Shown one piece after another: positions 10,378 through 18,830 of a DNA stretch of 64,000 nucleotides. The translations under genes and the position numbers were made by a program. Source of the DNA: Escherichia phage vB_EcoM_DalCa. The stretch lies in sequence record NC_054908.1; one strand, given 5' to 3'. Under the pieces are notes generated by a model that did no database searches, was not told where the DNA came from, and worked only from the letters and a program-made list of their open reading frames with translations. The first letter of the stretch is position 1, and each line of letters opens with the position of its first letter.

Positions 10378-10685
10378 CGTAAATTCCCTGCAATTGGTAT
10401 ACTAACAATACGCCCAGTATCTAAAATTCGCTGATATAATCTTTGCGTGTCTACGTCAGGCTTAACATGTTTAACTTCTATTTTATTAAACCAAAATTTA
10501 CGTGGAGTCTCAACTAATCTTGGAATTCCCTTACCTAAAGCTAGTCGATACTGCTCTTTAAGAGTAGTAAATACTTTATCAGCAATATTCCATTCAAAAA
10601 ATACAGCAGGACGATGTTCATCAAGCGGAACTGGCGCCGTAAATCCGTCTTTGTCTCGGTAAACTATCGCGTATACATAAACCAT
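10374..10685 (-). CDS. hypothetical protein (dda.1-like)
   Basis: 103 aa ORF, 4 nt overlap with dda. Confidence 0.5.
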   Translation of the reverse strand: MVYVYAIVYRDKDGFTAPVPLDEHRPAVFFEWNIADKVFTTLKEQYRLALGKGIPRLVETPRKFWFNKIEVKHVKPDVDTQRLYQRILDTGRIVSIPIAGNLR

Positions 10686-10686
10686 A

Positions 10687-11433
10687 TTATCCTCGGATAA
10701 GTTTAAAAATTGAACAATTTAGCGGGTATCCTCTTTTCAGTTTAAGTTTATCAATAAAAGACAAATTTTGATACCGCTCTACACCTTGAATAATTTTATC
10801 ACACATATCATATTGCATTTCTGCTTCTGACAACTTTTTCACAATTTTCCAATCCGAGCCTTTAAGAAGAACGTTCAGTTTAACAACTTCAGCGCCTTCT
10901 GCTATGCGAGAACCATCAATACGAGCTTTAAGTGCTATAATCCTTAGCTTAATGTCAGAGGTCTGTTTTGATTTAGAAAGCTGAGAAATGTGTTCAATTC
11001 GGTTTTCACGTTTTTTCTGTATAGCTTTAATTTGATTATAAGTCTTTTTGATTTTAGCCCATTTCTTTTCATCTAAATTTAGTTTATGAACTTTTTTCGC
11101 AGATGAACGACCAATTCGCAAAGCAAATAAATCACGCTTTTCAATCAACTCTTCTAAAGTATAATCAGAACGAAATGTATTATACTTTTTCTTTACTGCA
11201 ATAACATTCCCTTTAATGTATCCAACGTTATTATCAAAACGTTCTAATGATAATTTCTCTCCTTCAACACGATTATCAAAAGGTTCTCCTGAGTAAGCAC
11301 AAACTTTCTGATCTAAAATGTTCTTAATGTAATTGAAGTCTAAGTTAAAATCTTTAGAACGTCTTTTTGCAGATGCCTGGGTATGCTCTAGACGACGTTT
11401 AATTTTACGAATTTGGTTATTAGACAGCTTCAT
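10687..11433 (-). CDS. Srd-like protein (by size and position)
   Basis: 248 aa basic protein between dda.1 and modA, where T4 srd (about 250 aa) lies; assignment not sequence-verified. Confidence 0.5.
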   Translation of the reverse strand: MKLSNNQIRKIKRRLEHTQASAKRRSKDFNLDFNYIKNILDQKVCAYSGEPFDNRVEGEKLSLERFDNNVGYIKGNVIAVKKKYNTFRSDYTLEELIEKRDLFALRIGRSSAKKVHKLNLDEKKWAKIKKTYNQIKAIQKKRENRIEHISQLSKSKQTSDIKLRIIALKARIDGSRIAEGAEVVKLNVLLKGSDWKIVKKLSEAEMQYDMCDKIIQGVERYQNLSFIDKLKLKRGYPLNCSIFKLIRG

Positions 11434-11555
11434 ATTTTTCTCACATCTTACGGACGGTTAACTACTTATACTATAACATTTTTACTTTAACTTGTAAACA
11501 ACTTTATGAAAAATGCTTTAAAACTTTCATGGTATAATGAATCTAAGTCCTTCCA

Positions 11556-12158
11556 TTACAGATTAAATCCTTCAAAATCAAGAGTATAGATAGTGTATGT
11601 TGAATACTTTTTGTATTCATATCTATCTGCAATTCTAAATACACTTCCAGCTGGTATCATTACTTCTTGTTCATCTGAAACTAATTCCATATTACGATAA
11701 CGATGACTATCCGGAAACTTAAAGTTTGGATTGTATTCTTTACAGCGTAGAGCTTTTATAGCATACTCCTGGAAATTGAATACCATAGGAGCTTTGAATT
11801 CAAAAATAACTTGTGTGTTATACTCTAAACCGGAAGCAAAATGTAGAGCTATATTTTTATCATATGAAGCTGATACGACTTTATCAAATGTAATAATATC
11901 AATTCCTTGATTTAATACTTGTTTAGTCTCAGCTGGAACACCTCTCCAAAGAGGTTTATCGTTTGGAACCAAACGAGATTTGATTATTTCATTTAACCAA
12001 GAATGATCGTCTGGTTTATTAGTAATACAATGAATTAAAAGTTCAATTTCAGATAAATTAAACCCTTCAGAAAGTAATTCTTCACGAATAGAAGCACGCA
12101 CCGATGCATCCATTGATTTTATTTTAAAATCTTTTAGTTGCATTACTGAGTATTTCAT
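11556..12158 (-). CDS. modA: ADP-ribosyltransferase ModA
   Basis: 200 aa as T4 ModA; R-S-ExE motif elements (LWRGV, SDEQEVMIPAG). Confidence 0.75.
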   Translation of the reverse strand: MKYSVMQLKDFKIKSMDASVRASIREELLSEGFNLSEIELLIHCITNKPDDHSWLNEIIKSRLVPNDKPLWRGVPAETKQVLNQGIDIITFDKVVSASYDKNIALHFASGLEYNTQVIFEFKAPMVFNFQEYAIKALRCKEYNPNFKFPDSHRYRNMELVSDEQEVMIPAGSVFRIADRYEYKKYSTYTIYTLDFEGFNL

Positions 12159-12778
12159 TCAACTACCTCAATATCATAAACTTTAAATGTTCCAAATGAA
12201 TCGTGTAATTTTTCTTTTGAAATAGAAGTTATTCTATACTTTCCAATTGGAATCATCCATTCCTGTTCACGCACAATCATCATTAAGTTATCAGTACGTT
12301 CTGAATCTAATCCATCAGTATCTTCATATGTATACTTAAACTCAGTATTAGGAGAAGAAAGTATAATATCGCTGATATGGTCAGAATAATTAAAAGCTTT
12401 ATCAGTTTTTAAGCGAAGTACTATTTCAGTGAAATATTCAGCATAAGAAAAAGAACACGCTGTATGCAAACTAGTAGTAAATGAATCTACTCTGTTCGTT
12501 GAAAACACTTCTCCAACTTGTAAATCTTTAATGAGTTCTTTTGTCGATTTTGATATACCACGATATAGCTGATAAGGTGATTTAGTTAAATGCTTTTTAA
12601 TGATTTTATTCAACTGCCGATGAAGAGCTTCATTCTTTTTGGCTTCCATACATTGCCAAAGAACTGACTGCTCAAAGTCAGTAAATTTTTCACAGACTTT
12701 TTTATACATATCATATTGAAAATCAACGCTTTCAGCTTTTATAGATAACTGTTCAACATCTGCAAGATTAATAATCAT
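12155..12778 (-). CDS. modB: ADP-ribosyltransferase ModB
   Basis: 207 aa as T4 ModB; paralog of ModA with YRGIS and VREQEWMIPIG motifs. Confidence 0.75.
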   Translation of the reverse strand: MIINLADVEQLSIKAESVDFQYDMYKKVCEKFTDFEQSVLWQCMEAKKNEALHRQLNKIIKKHLTKSPYQLYRGISKSTKELIKDLQVGEVFSTNRVDSFTTSLHTACSFSYAEYFTEIVLRLKTDKAFNYSDHISDIILSSPNTEFKYTYEDTDGLDSERTDNLMMIVREQEWMIPIGKYRITSISKEKLHDSFGTFKVYDIEVVE

Positions 12779-12804
12779 GATAGCCTCCGTATACTTCAGA
12801 AGCT

Positions 12805-12834
12805 ATCATATCATCGTTAGAAAGGAAAGTAAAC
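12805..12834 (-). promoter_or_regulatory. T4-type early promoter upstream of modB
   Basis: minus strand GTTTAC, 18 nt, TATGAT. Confidence 0.5.
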
Positions 12835-12845
12835 AACTTTTTGAA

Positions 12846-13028
12846 TTATTTTGCCCAGGGAGCCCAAGGCGGAGGGTCAAGATGGTATGAAGCTAGTTCT
12901 TCTAGAAGAGCATCTGGGGCTTCAATTCCATAATTCTGTAATACTATACGGTACTCTTTCTTATAATCACTAGAATCATTCTGGTTATTCGTAGAATGAT
13001 TATCTTCTAACATCTCAAATAAATCCAT
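12846..13028 (-). CDS. hypothetical protein
   Basis: 60 aa ORF. Confidence 0.4.
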   Translation of the reverse strand: MDLFEMLEDNHSTNNQNDSSDYKKEYRIVLQNYGIEAPDALLEELASYHLDPPPWAPWAK

Positions 13029-13036
13029 ATTAATTC

Positions 13037-13507
13037 CTAGCGATAAAAACCAAATTGACGATTAGCTTCAATAATCTTTCTTTCTTCTTCGGACATTCTC
13101 CAGCGTAGTCCAACATCAAAATGGGCCCAGACCATCTTAACAAATGCATTTATATCTTTAATATCTTCAATAATGAATGTTTTACTTTTCGAAGGTTGAC
13201 TCGCTAATTTAACTTTATCATCTTCAAACAGGTCAAAAAGACCATATTCATGAGCTCTTTTATAGCCTTTAATAGTTAAAGCTTCAGAAGAAGAAAACGG
13301 TGAATCAGTATTCTGCAAAATATCTTCAGTATGCTTTATAATTAGAATAATATTTTCTGGATATTTTCTTTCTTTTATATCTTTAATTAAAAAATCCGGA
13401 TTTTCTGCTAAAGGAATAATTAATGAGCATTTTTTATCAAGTGTATTTACTGATTTACCTTCTTTAGACATGAATTCTACTGAATAATGTTTTGCTACTT
13501 CAATCAT
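13037..13507 (-). CDS. hypothetical protein
   Basis: 156 aa ORF. Confidence 0.5.
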   Translation of the reverse strand: MIEVAKHYSVEFMSKEGKSVNTLDKKCSLIIPLAENPDFLIKDIKERKYPENIILIIKHTEDILQNTDSPFSSSEALTIKGYKRAHEYGLFDLFEDDKVKLASQPSKSKTFIIEDIKDINAFVKMVWAHFDVGLRWRMSEEERKIIEANRQFGFYR

Positions 13508-13664
13508 GTGATTTCCTTTTGCCTACTAATGGACCATCGGGAATTTTGTTTTCCTGGATATATTTCTCATTTTCTTCCATCATTTTACTACCAATTTTAA
13601 GAAGCAAATCCAGTGCTTCATTTGCTTTAACCTTAGCTTCTTCTAACGTCATATCTTTGTTCAT
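13500..13664 (-). CDS. small hypothetical protein
   Basis: 54 aa ORF read by hand ([13 protein letters not shown]...); ATG overlaps upstream stop as ATGA. Confidence 0.35.
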   Translation of the reverse strand: MNKDMTLEEAKVKANEALDLLLKIGSKMMEENEKYIQENKIPDGPLVGKRKSHD

Positions 13665-13864
13665 GATTTATCCCCATAGATGTCTCTCATCAATTTAAGC
13701 GCTGAGCGCTCTAATTTCTTTTCTTTCTCAGCGCTAATCATTGATTTCATCCATTCTTCCGATTCGTTCTGCATTTCTTTATTTGCTTGTTCAACCCAAC
13801 CATCATCAATATACATTGAGTTTGGTCTATTGAACCATTCAAACATTTTCTTCAGAACTTTCAT
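13661..13864 (-). CDS. hypothetical protein
   Basis: 67 aa ORF. Confidence 0.4.
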   Translation of the reverse strand: MKVLKKMFEWFNRPNSMYIDDGWVEQANKEMQNESEEWMKSMISAEKEKKLERSALKLMRDIYGDKS

Positions 13865-14336
13865 TTGTTTTACCTAAAACAATAGTAGGATTATCGTCAA
13901 ATTCATGAATTTTTAGCAAATTTGGATGTAAACTATTCCATACAGAAGAAATAAAGTATGATAAAGCGTCTTCACTCGCAATTATAAATTTATTTCCTTT
14001 ATCTATTTTCCAACTATATAATGAATCGTACGAATAGAAAGATAAAGGTTTATCATTATATTGTTCTGCGCTAACATTAATGTATTCGGATTTAGTAAAT
14101 GCTTCAATTGCTCTAAATGGAATATTTGGCACAGTTTCAATAATACCAATCTTTTTAAGTTTTATTTCAGCATCTTCTGGAACTGGCATTGAAACGAAAT
14201 TTTCTACGAGATACATTGGGTCACAATAACCCTTATCAATCATTACGGCTACAGTAATTGGAACATCTTTAGCAAATGACATGCTATTACTGTTAATATA
14301 CATTTCAAACAAAATAGCTTCCATAATTTTCCTCAA
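13839..14336 (-). CDS. hypothetical protein
   Basis: 165 aa ORF in the mrh region of the T4 map. Confidence 0.5.
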   Translation of the reverse strand: MRKIMEAILFEMYINSNSMSFAKDVPITVAVMIDKGYCDPMYLVENFVSMPVPEDAEIKLKKIGIIETVPNIPFRAIEAFTKSEYINVSAEQYNDKPLSFYSYDSLYSWKIDKGNKFIIASEDALSYFISSVWNSLHPNLLKIHEFDDNPTIVLGKTNESSEENV

Positions 14337-14674
14337 TCACAAGACGTAGATGAACAACTAGAATCACAAGAACTTCCACATGAATCGCCTGCCCATACAT
14401 GAACAGGAACATTCGTATCATATGAATCAGAACTAGACTGTGTATTCTGCGTATTAGATGATGTAGTAGGTGTTGACCAGCGCCAAGGATTTTTATAATA
14501 TTCTTGGGCTTCTTCATAAGTCATAGTAACTGCTTCTACTGTTCCATCTCCCATATAAACATACTCAACTACAGTTAAAGGAAGGTAGTCATTTGAAATA
14601 GGAACTACACCTTCTCCGGGAGTCGTAGAGAAAAAATCCGTAAAGAAACTTTTAAACCAATTAAAGATAAACAT
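14333..14674 (-). CDS. hypothetical protein with Cys/Ser-rich C-terminal tail
   Basis: 113 aa; C-terminus [18 protein letters not shown]. Confidence 0.45.
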   Translation of the reverse strand: MFIFNWFKSFFTDFFSTTPGEGVVPISNDYLPLTVVEYVYMGDGTVEAVTMTYEEAQEYYKNPWRWSTPTTSSNTQNTQSSSDSYDTNVPVHVWAGDSCGSSCDSSCSSTSCD

Positions 14675-14880
14675 TACAAAAAGCCTCTCTTGAATTCGAC
14701 TTGCTTTTCACCATAATCATATCGAATCTCTGCATTAAATTCGACAGAACCATCTGCGTACATCATAAATGAATGCACAATAACTTCTGTAGACCATGGC
14801 TGTAATTCATATTTCTTCATTACATGTCGTGAAATGATAATATCTAAATCTTCATTCGGTTTAATCCAACGATTTAACAT
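14674..14880 (-). CDS. hypothetical protein
   Basis: 68 aa ORF downstream of promoter 14907..14936. Confidence 0.45.
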   Translation of the reverse strand: MLNRWIKPNEDLDIIISRHVMKKYELQPWSTEVIVHSFMMYADGSVEFNAEIRYDYGEKQVEFKRGFL

Positions 14881-14906
14881 AGTGCTCTCCTCTATAAGAT
14901 AATTCT

Positions 14907-14936
14907 ATTATACCATACTCATTTTGGAAAGTAAAC
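14907..14936 (-). promoter_or_regulatory. T4-type early promoter
   Basis: minus strand GTTTAC, 18 nt, TATAAT; just downstream of soc terminator. Confidence 0.6.
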
Positions 14937-14970
14937 CGGTAAAATGAAAAAGGACTCCCGAAGGAGTCCT
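14926..14970 (-). repeat. promoter-plus-hairpin module, copy 1
   Basis: ggaaagtaaaccggtaaaatgaaaaa + hairpin; near-identical copy at 55896..55939. Confidence 0.7.
14951..14970 (-). terminator. stem-loop terminator downstream of soc
   Basis: aggactcccgaaggagtcct; U-run on minus strand; followed by early promoter. Confidence 0.65.
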
Positions 14971-14977
14971 TGAATTA

Positions 14978-15214
14978 TTAACCATCTATTGATGTAGGCG
15001 TAAACATTGCAGCATTCTTAGTTTTCCAGTCAGCTGCATCAGAAACTACAGTAGAATATGCTGCCTTTTCAGAAGGAAAGGTCTGATAATGAGAATTTGC
15101 AATACGATGCTCGTTAGAATAGATTTCAAACGGAACAGAAACTTCCATACCTTTAACTTCTTTGCCTTCACCTGCTGGATGAGTAAAGGTCTTTATATTA
15201 ACGAAACCACCCAT
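14978..15214 (-). CDS. soc: small outer capsid protein Soc
   Basis: 78 aa; HYQTFPSEKAAYSTV segment matches T4 Soc from memory; followed by hairpin terminator. Confidence 0.85.
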   Translation of the reverse strand: MGGFVNIKTFTHPAGEGKEVKGMEVSVPFEIYSNEHRIANSHYQTFPSEKAAYSTVVSDAADWKTKNAAMFTPTSIDG

Positions 15215-15253
15215 AATAAACTCCTTTATTGTTTAATTACAGGTGTATTTATA

Positions 15254-15427
15254 TCAATCTTCAATGAAAACTTGTGCCAGGAATTCATGCTCATCTTGAA
15301 TTTGTTTATATAAAGCCATTACAGCATTTATGTTAGAGCTATCTACTTTAAGTTGATAAGCATACCACTCATGTAAATTAATTAAAGCTTTTTGACGTCT
15401 AATAAATTCTTCTTTGGATATTTTCAT
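15254..15427 (-). CDS. small hypothetical protein
   Basis: 57 aa ORF read by hand (MKISKEEFIRRQ...); ATGA overlap with upstream stop. Confidence 0.35.
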   Translation of the reverse strand: MKISKEEFIRRQKALINLHEWYAYQLKVDSSNINAVMALYKQIQDEHEFLAQVFIED

Positions 15428-15624
15428 TTTGAATGCTCTATAATTAATTTTAAGGCTTCTTCACTGACAAAAATTTCGTCAGGACCTTTTTCTACAACCC
15501 AATCAACCATACGAAGCTGATTAGAAAAGAGCTCACATACGAGCTCCTTGTCATAATCTTTAAATAGCTGGTCAATACGCTTCTTGCGGGCTTTCTTGAG
15601 CTGGCGTTTAAATAAACGAGCCAT
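15424..15624 (-). CDS. hypothetical basic protein
   Basis: 66 aa ORF downstream of gene 56. Confidence 0.45.
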   Translation of the reverse strand: MARLFKRQLKKARKKRIDQLFKDYDKELVCELFSNQLRMVDWVVEKGPDEIFVSEEALKLIIEHSK

Positions 15625-16142
15625 TAATATCCTCTGTCTTGACGAGCGAAGTTTTCAGCATTTTTCAGATAATAAAGTTTAAAGATTTCCTCAGCTGACA
15701 TTCCAAGAGCAATGAATTTATTCATGAAAAAGTGAAATTGATCAATCAGTTCAAATTTAATTTCAAGCTGATCTTCGGGAGATAAATCTTGAATTTTCTT
15801 GGATTGCATTTCAGAATAACGTTTCTTCCAAGGTTTCCATACGGCAGAAGCTTCTTTTTCACCATTACTCATACCACCAAGAGAAGTATATAGCTCGCGA
15901 GTTTCATCTGCGATATAATCGTCTTGGTTTCGCAACCAAGCAAGAACTTCTCCTGCAGTTTCAAGTGAATCAGGATGACGATTTGTTTCTGGTTTATCAT
16001 TAGCCAAACGAATCTGTAAAGACCGCTGCATATCAAGCATAACCTGCAATGGGTCAATATTGTGCATAATATTCTCAGCATATGCACGAGTTGCTTTATC
16101 AACACCTTCGATCAAATGAGCACATTCATTAAAGTGAGCCAT
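15624..16142 (-). CDS. 56: dCTP pyrophosphatase gp56
   Basis: ORF-track ORF extends to 16235 but internal Met (MAHFNECAHLIEG) gives 171 aa, matching T4 gp56, with AGGA RBS upstream. Confidence 0.85.
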   Translation of the reverse strand: MAHFNECAHLIEGVDKATRAYAENIMHNIDPLQVMLDMQRSLQIRLANDKPETNRHPDSLETAGEVLAWLRNQDDYIADETRELYTSLGGMSNGEKEASAVWKPWKKRYSEMQSKKIQDLSPEDQLEIKFELIDQFHFFMNKFIALGMSAEEIFKLYYLKNAENFARQDRGY

Positions 16143-16213
16143 TATTTTTCCTTTCAATTCATGGATTAATAGATTAATTATACAATAAATATATAAAGCA
16201 ATAAGGAGGACAT

Positions 16214-16414
16214 ATGGTACAAAAATTAATGGCACTTGTTAATGCCATCAAAGGTAATAAGAAACGTATAGCTTTTACTATTTCTGCTATGGTAGGAATT
16301 TTACTCTGGAACTTTATTTTATCACCAATTGCAATTGCGCATGGTGTTAATATTCCAGTAGTTACTCTTGATACATTCGTAGATCTAGCATTTGCTTTAG
16401 TTGGGTTAATTTAA
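16214..16414 (+). CDS. small single-pass membrane protein (plus strand)
   Basis: 66 aa ORF with AAGGAGG 4 nt before ATG; hydrophobic core; only convincing plus-strand ORF in window, in the 56-61 intergenic gap. Confidence 0.45.
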   Translation: MVQKLMALVNAIKGNKKRIAFTISAMVGILLWNFILSPIAIAHGVNIPVVTLDTFVDLAFALVGLI

Positions 16415-17439
16415 ATCTTGGCATATTTAGATAACCGCATTTTAGCCATTAACCCCTGGGCAATATTATTTTTCATATATTCCATAATTTGTTCAGGGGT
16501 TGCACCTTCCTTTCTAATCATATCATTAACATCTTTTGATTTCCAGGGAGATTTATCCCAAAACATAACCCTTTCTCCTGCATCAACTAATTTAGTCATT
16601 CGCTTGATAGTGTCAGGGTGACGAGGTTCATTATCTAAAACCCACACTCGTCTATCTTTAAATGGAATAACTTCTAGGTCTAATTGACCACCCGTAATAG
16701 CTATACCATTTTCAATAAAAAGCGAATCTATAGGTCCTTCTAGAACATATACATCACCATCTTTGACTCGTTCGACTCCATAGATTTTTGTTGCCTCAGG
16801 ATAAGCTTTGATGGTGATATATTTTTGAGGAGCATCTTTCTTTAATGCACGTCCTTGAAAAGACTCAGCTTTTCCGTTAGCATTATAAATTGGAATAACA
16901 AGACGAGGCTCAGGTGTTTCCTTTTTATATGTTCCTGGAGCTATACTATTAACTAATTTAGGCCATTCAGTTGTAAACCAAAGATATTTCCATTTATCCT
17001 TTGGAATACAACGAGCTTTTACATATTTTATAATTGGATGGTCTTCCGCCAATTTATCTAATCTGATGCATGACGGAAGAGATTTAATTATTTTCTTCTC
17101 AGGTTGTTTAGGAAGTTCTTTAGGTTTTTCTACTGGACGACTTTTACCTTTTTCTTTTCTTATTTCAAAGATATACTCACGATATAAATCAGGTTCAAAC
17201 TCCTTTAAATATATTCCGATTGGTGCATGATAGTTACAGTTATAACAATGAATATTTCCTTCATTATTATCGCCATAATACCATCCACGGGCTTTATTTT
17301 GATCGGTTTTTGAATCTCCACAAACGGGACATCTAAACCGTAATTTAAAAGTTGAACTATTATTTACTTGTGCGAATTTAGGTAAATGAGCCAATGCACG
17401 GTATGCAAACTCATTATCAATCCAAGGTATTGATGACAT
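16411..17439 (-). CDS. 61: DNA primase gp61
   Basis: 342 aa as T4 gp61; N-terminal zinc ribbon CPVCGDSKTD...CYNC; Toprim-like core. Confidence 0.9.
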   Translation of the reverse strand: MSSIPWIDNEFAYRALAHLPKFAQVNNSSTFKLRFRCPVCGDSKTDQNKARGWYYGDNNEGNIHCYNCNYHAPIGIYLKEFEPDLYREYIFEIRKEKGKSRPVEKPKELPKQPEKKIIKSLPSCIRLDKLAEDHPIIKYVKARCIPKDKWKYLWFTTEWPKLVNSIAPGTYKKETPEPRLVIPIYNANGKAESFQGRALKKDAPQKYITIKAYPEATKIYGVERVKDGDVYVLEGPIDSLFIENGIAITGGQLDLEVIPFKDRRVWVLDNEPRHPDTIKRMTKLVDAGERVMFWDKSPWKSKDVNDMIRKEGATPEQIMEYMKNNIAQGLMAKMRLSKYAKI

Positions 17440-17441
17440 TT

Positions 17442-17606
17442 TTACTCTTCTTTTTCTTTAGATTCCTCTTTTTTCTTTTTAGGAATCTGTTCAGGACCTT
17501 TATTTACTACAGCACCTGACGTTGTTCCAGTGGAGATATTTTCAGGATTACCACCTGAATCTCCAGCTACCATATCTTCTTTAATAAATTCTTTATATGT
17601 TTTCAT
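17442..17606 (-). CDS. small Lys/Glu-rich protein
   Basis: 54 aa ORF read by hand (MKTYKEFIKEDMVAG...), GAGG RBS. Confidence 0.35.
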   Translation of the reverse strand: MKTYKEFIKEDMVAGDSGGNPENISTGTTSGAVVNKGPEQIPKKKKEESKEKEE

Positions 17607-17607
17607 A

Positions 17608-17964
17608 TTAACCTCTATTCATAAAAGCATTAAAAATTTGGTCATCAATAGATGGTGCAGTAATATTTTCTGCATCATTTAGCAAATCATTAATTTCATC
17701 AGATAGCATAACACATGTACCTTTATTTCCTGTAATTGTTACTGCGCAATTACGAACGTTTTCTTTATTAAATTTTAGGTTAATATTTTCGTAATGAAAA
17801 TCCTTTAATGCTGAATATATTTTTAAAATAAAATTGTCTTTTACTACAATAAACCCAACCTCACTATTAAAACGTGGTTCATGGAAACTGTAATAAACCT
17901 TTTCATCTATAAAATCGTATGAAATTTTTTCCATTTTTAAATATGAAAATTCAGAACTATACAT
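17608..17964 (-). CDS. hypothetical protein
   Basis: 118 aa ORF between primase and sp. Confidence 0.5.
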   Translation of the reverse strand: MYSSEFSYLKMEKISYDFIDEKVYYSFHEPRFNSEVGFIVVKDNFILKIYSALKDFHYENINLKFNKENVRNCAVTITGNKGTCVMLSDEINDLLNDAENITAPSIDDQIFNAFMNRG

Positions 17965-17976
17965 ACTAACCTCTAA

Positions 17977-18270
17977 TTACTCACCTACCACTTCAGCGAT
18001 GATATTTTTGTTATTAAAGTTTTTATCGCAATACAGAACATAATTATACTGCATTACACCGCCAGACTTAAGCTGTTTTTGTACTTCAGCTTTCATTTCA
18101 GGACGATCGCGCTCAACAATATTCATAATATCCGCCTCAATTTGAGTTTCAACTTCAGTCTGATCTGCAGTCATAGACCATTCGCACAAATCTTTATCAT
18201 AACCTGCCATAGCAGGCTGAGTAGCACAAGAAGATAAAGCAAAAATTGTAGCAAAGATAAATTTTTTCAT
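17977..18270 (-). CDS. sp: Spackle periplasmic protein
   Basis: 97 aa as T4 Sp; signal peptide MKKFIFATIFALSSCATQPAMA. Confidence 0.8.
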   Translation of the reverse strand: MKKFIFATIFALSSCATQPAMAGYDKDLCEWSMTADQTEVETQIEADIMNIVERDRPEMKAEVQKQLKSGGVMQYNYVLYCDKNFNNKNIIAEVVGE

Positions 18271-18296
18271 GATAATCTCCTCAGTAGTTTATGTTT

Positions 18297-18328
18297 ATAT
18301 AGTATCTCAATTTCCAACAAAAGTAAAC
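18297..18328 (-). promoter_or_regulatory. T4-type early promoter upstream of sp
   Basis: minus strand GTTTAC then TACTATATAA. Confidence 0.5.
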
Positions 18329-18330
18329 AG

Positions 18331-18630
18331 TTATTTTAAAACTTCTGCGTAATCACATGTTACAAACTGTTTCTCTAGCTTAACGATCTTACGAAAATAC
18401 CTTTTACACTGACGAATCTGTCGCTTCGTAGGACGTACAGCAAACTTAATAAATTCCACTCGACCAAATGGAGGACTTTCTTCTGCTGGAATATCTAACA
18501 CCAATTCCCACGTATCTGAAATAAGTGCTTTGAATTGCGTATTTTTCCTGACGTTATACGGAGTAGGTTTAAATAAAACAATATGCATATTATCCTCGGC
18601 AATCCACTTCACACACTTTCTTGTCATCAA
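18331..18630 (-). CDS. hypothetical protein (61.4-like)
   Basis: 99 aa ORF between sp and dmd. Confidence 0.5.
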   Translation of the reverse strand: MMTRKCVKWIAEDNMHIVLFKPTPYNVRKNTQFKALISDTWELVLDIPAEESPPFGRVEFIKFAVRPTKRQIRQCKRYFRKIVKLEKQFVTCDYAEVLK

Positions 18631-18772
18631 TGAAAGCTTTAACTAATGCTTTATTAACTTCGGCATATTGAGTAGTAGCCCATTGAACGTCATCTTTCAT
18701 CATTGTAGTTTCTTTAGTAAACATGCTTTCATTCTTAAACCACCCCATAAAAACTACCTTTACCAATTCCAT
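18590..18772 (-). CDS. dmd: Dmd, discriminator of mRNA degradation (RnlA/LsoA antitoxin)
   Basis: 60 aa, matches T4 Dmd length and remembered sequence (MELVKVVFMGWFKNESMF...); directly downstream of gene 41. Confidence 0.8.
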   Translation of the reverse strand: MELVKVVFMGWFKNESMFTKETTMMKDDVQWATTQYAEVNKALVKAFIDDKKVCEVDCRG

Positions 18773-18800
18773 AACAATCTCCTCATTTAACCAACAAGAC

Positions 18801-18830
18801 TACTATACCATAGTCTTGTCAGCTTGTAAA
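18801..18830 (-). promoter_or_regulatory. T4-type early promoter upstream of dmd
   Basis: minus strand GTTTAC, 18 nt, TATAGT. Confidence 0.55.

Noticed and set aside
10687-11433. Srd-like ORF as an HNH endonuclease
   Set aside because: An HNH-like spacing is suggestive, but the catalytic His-Me residues are not convincingly present.
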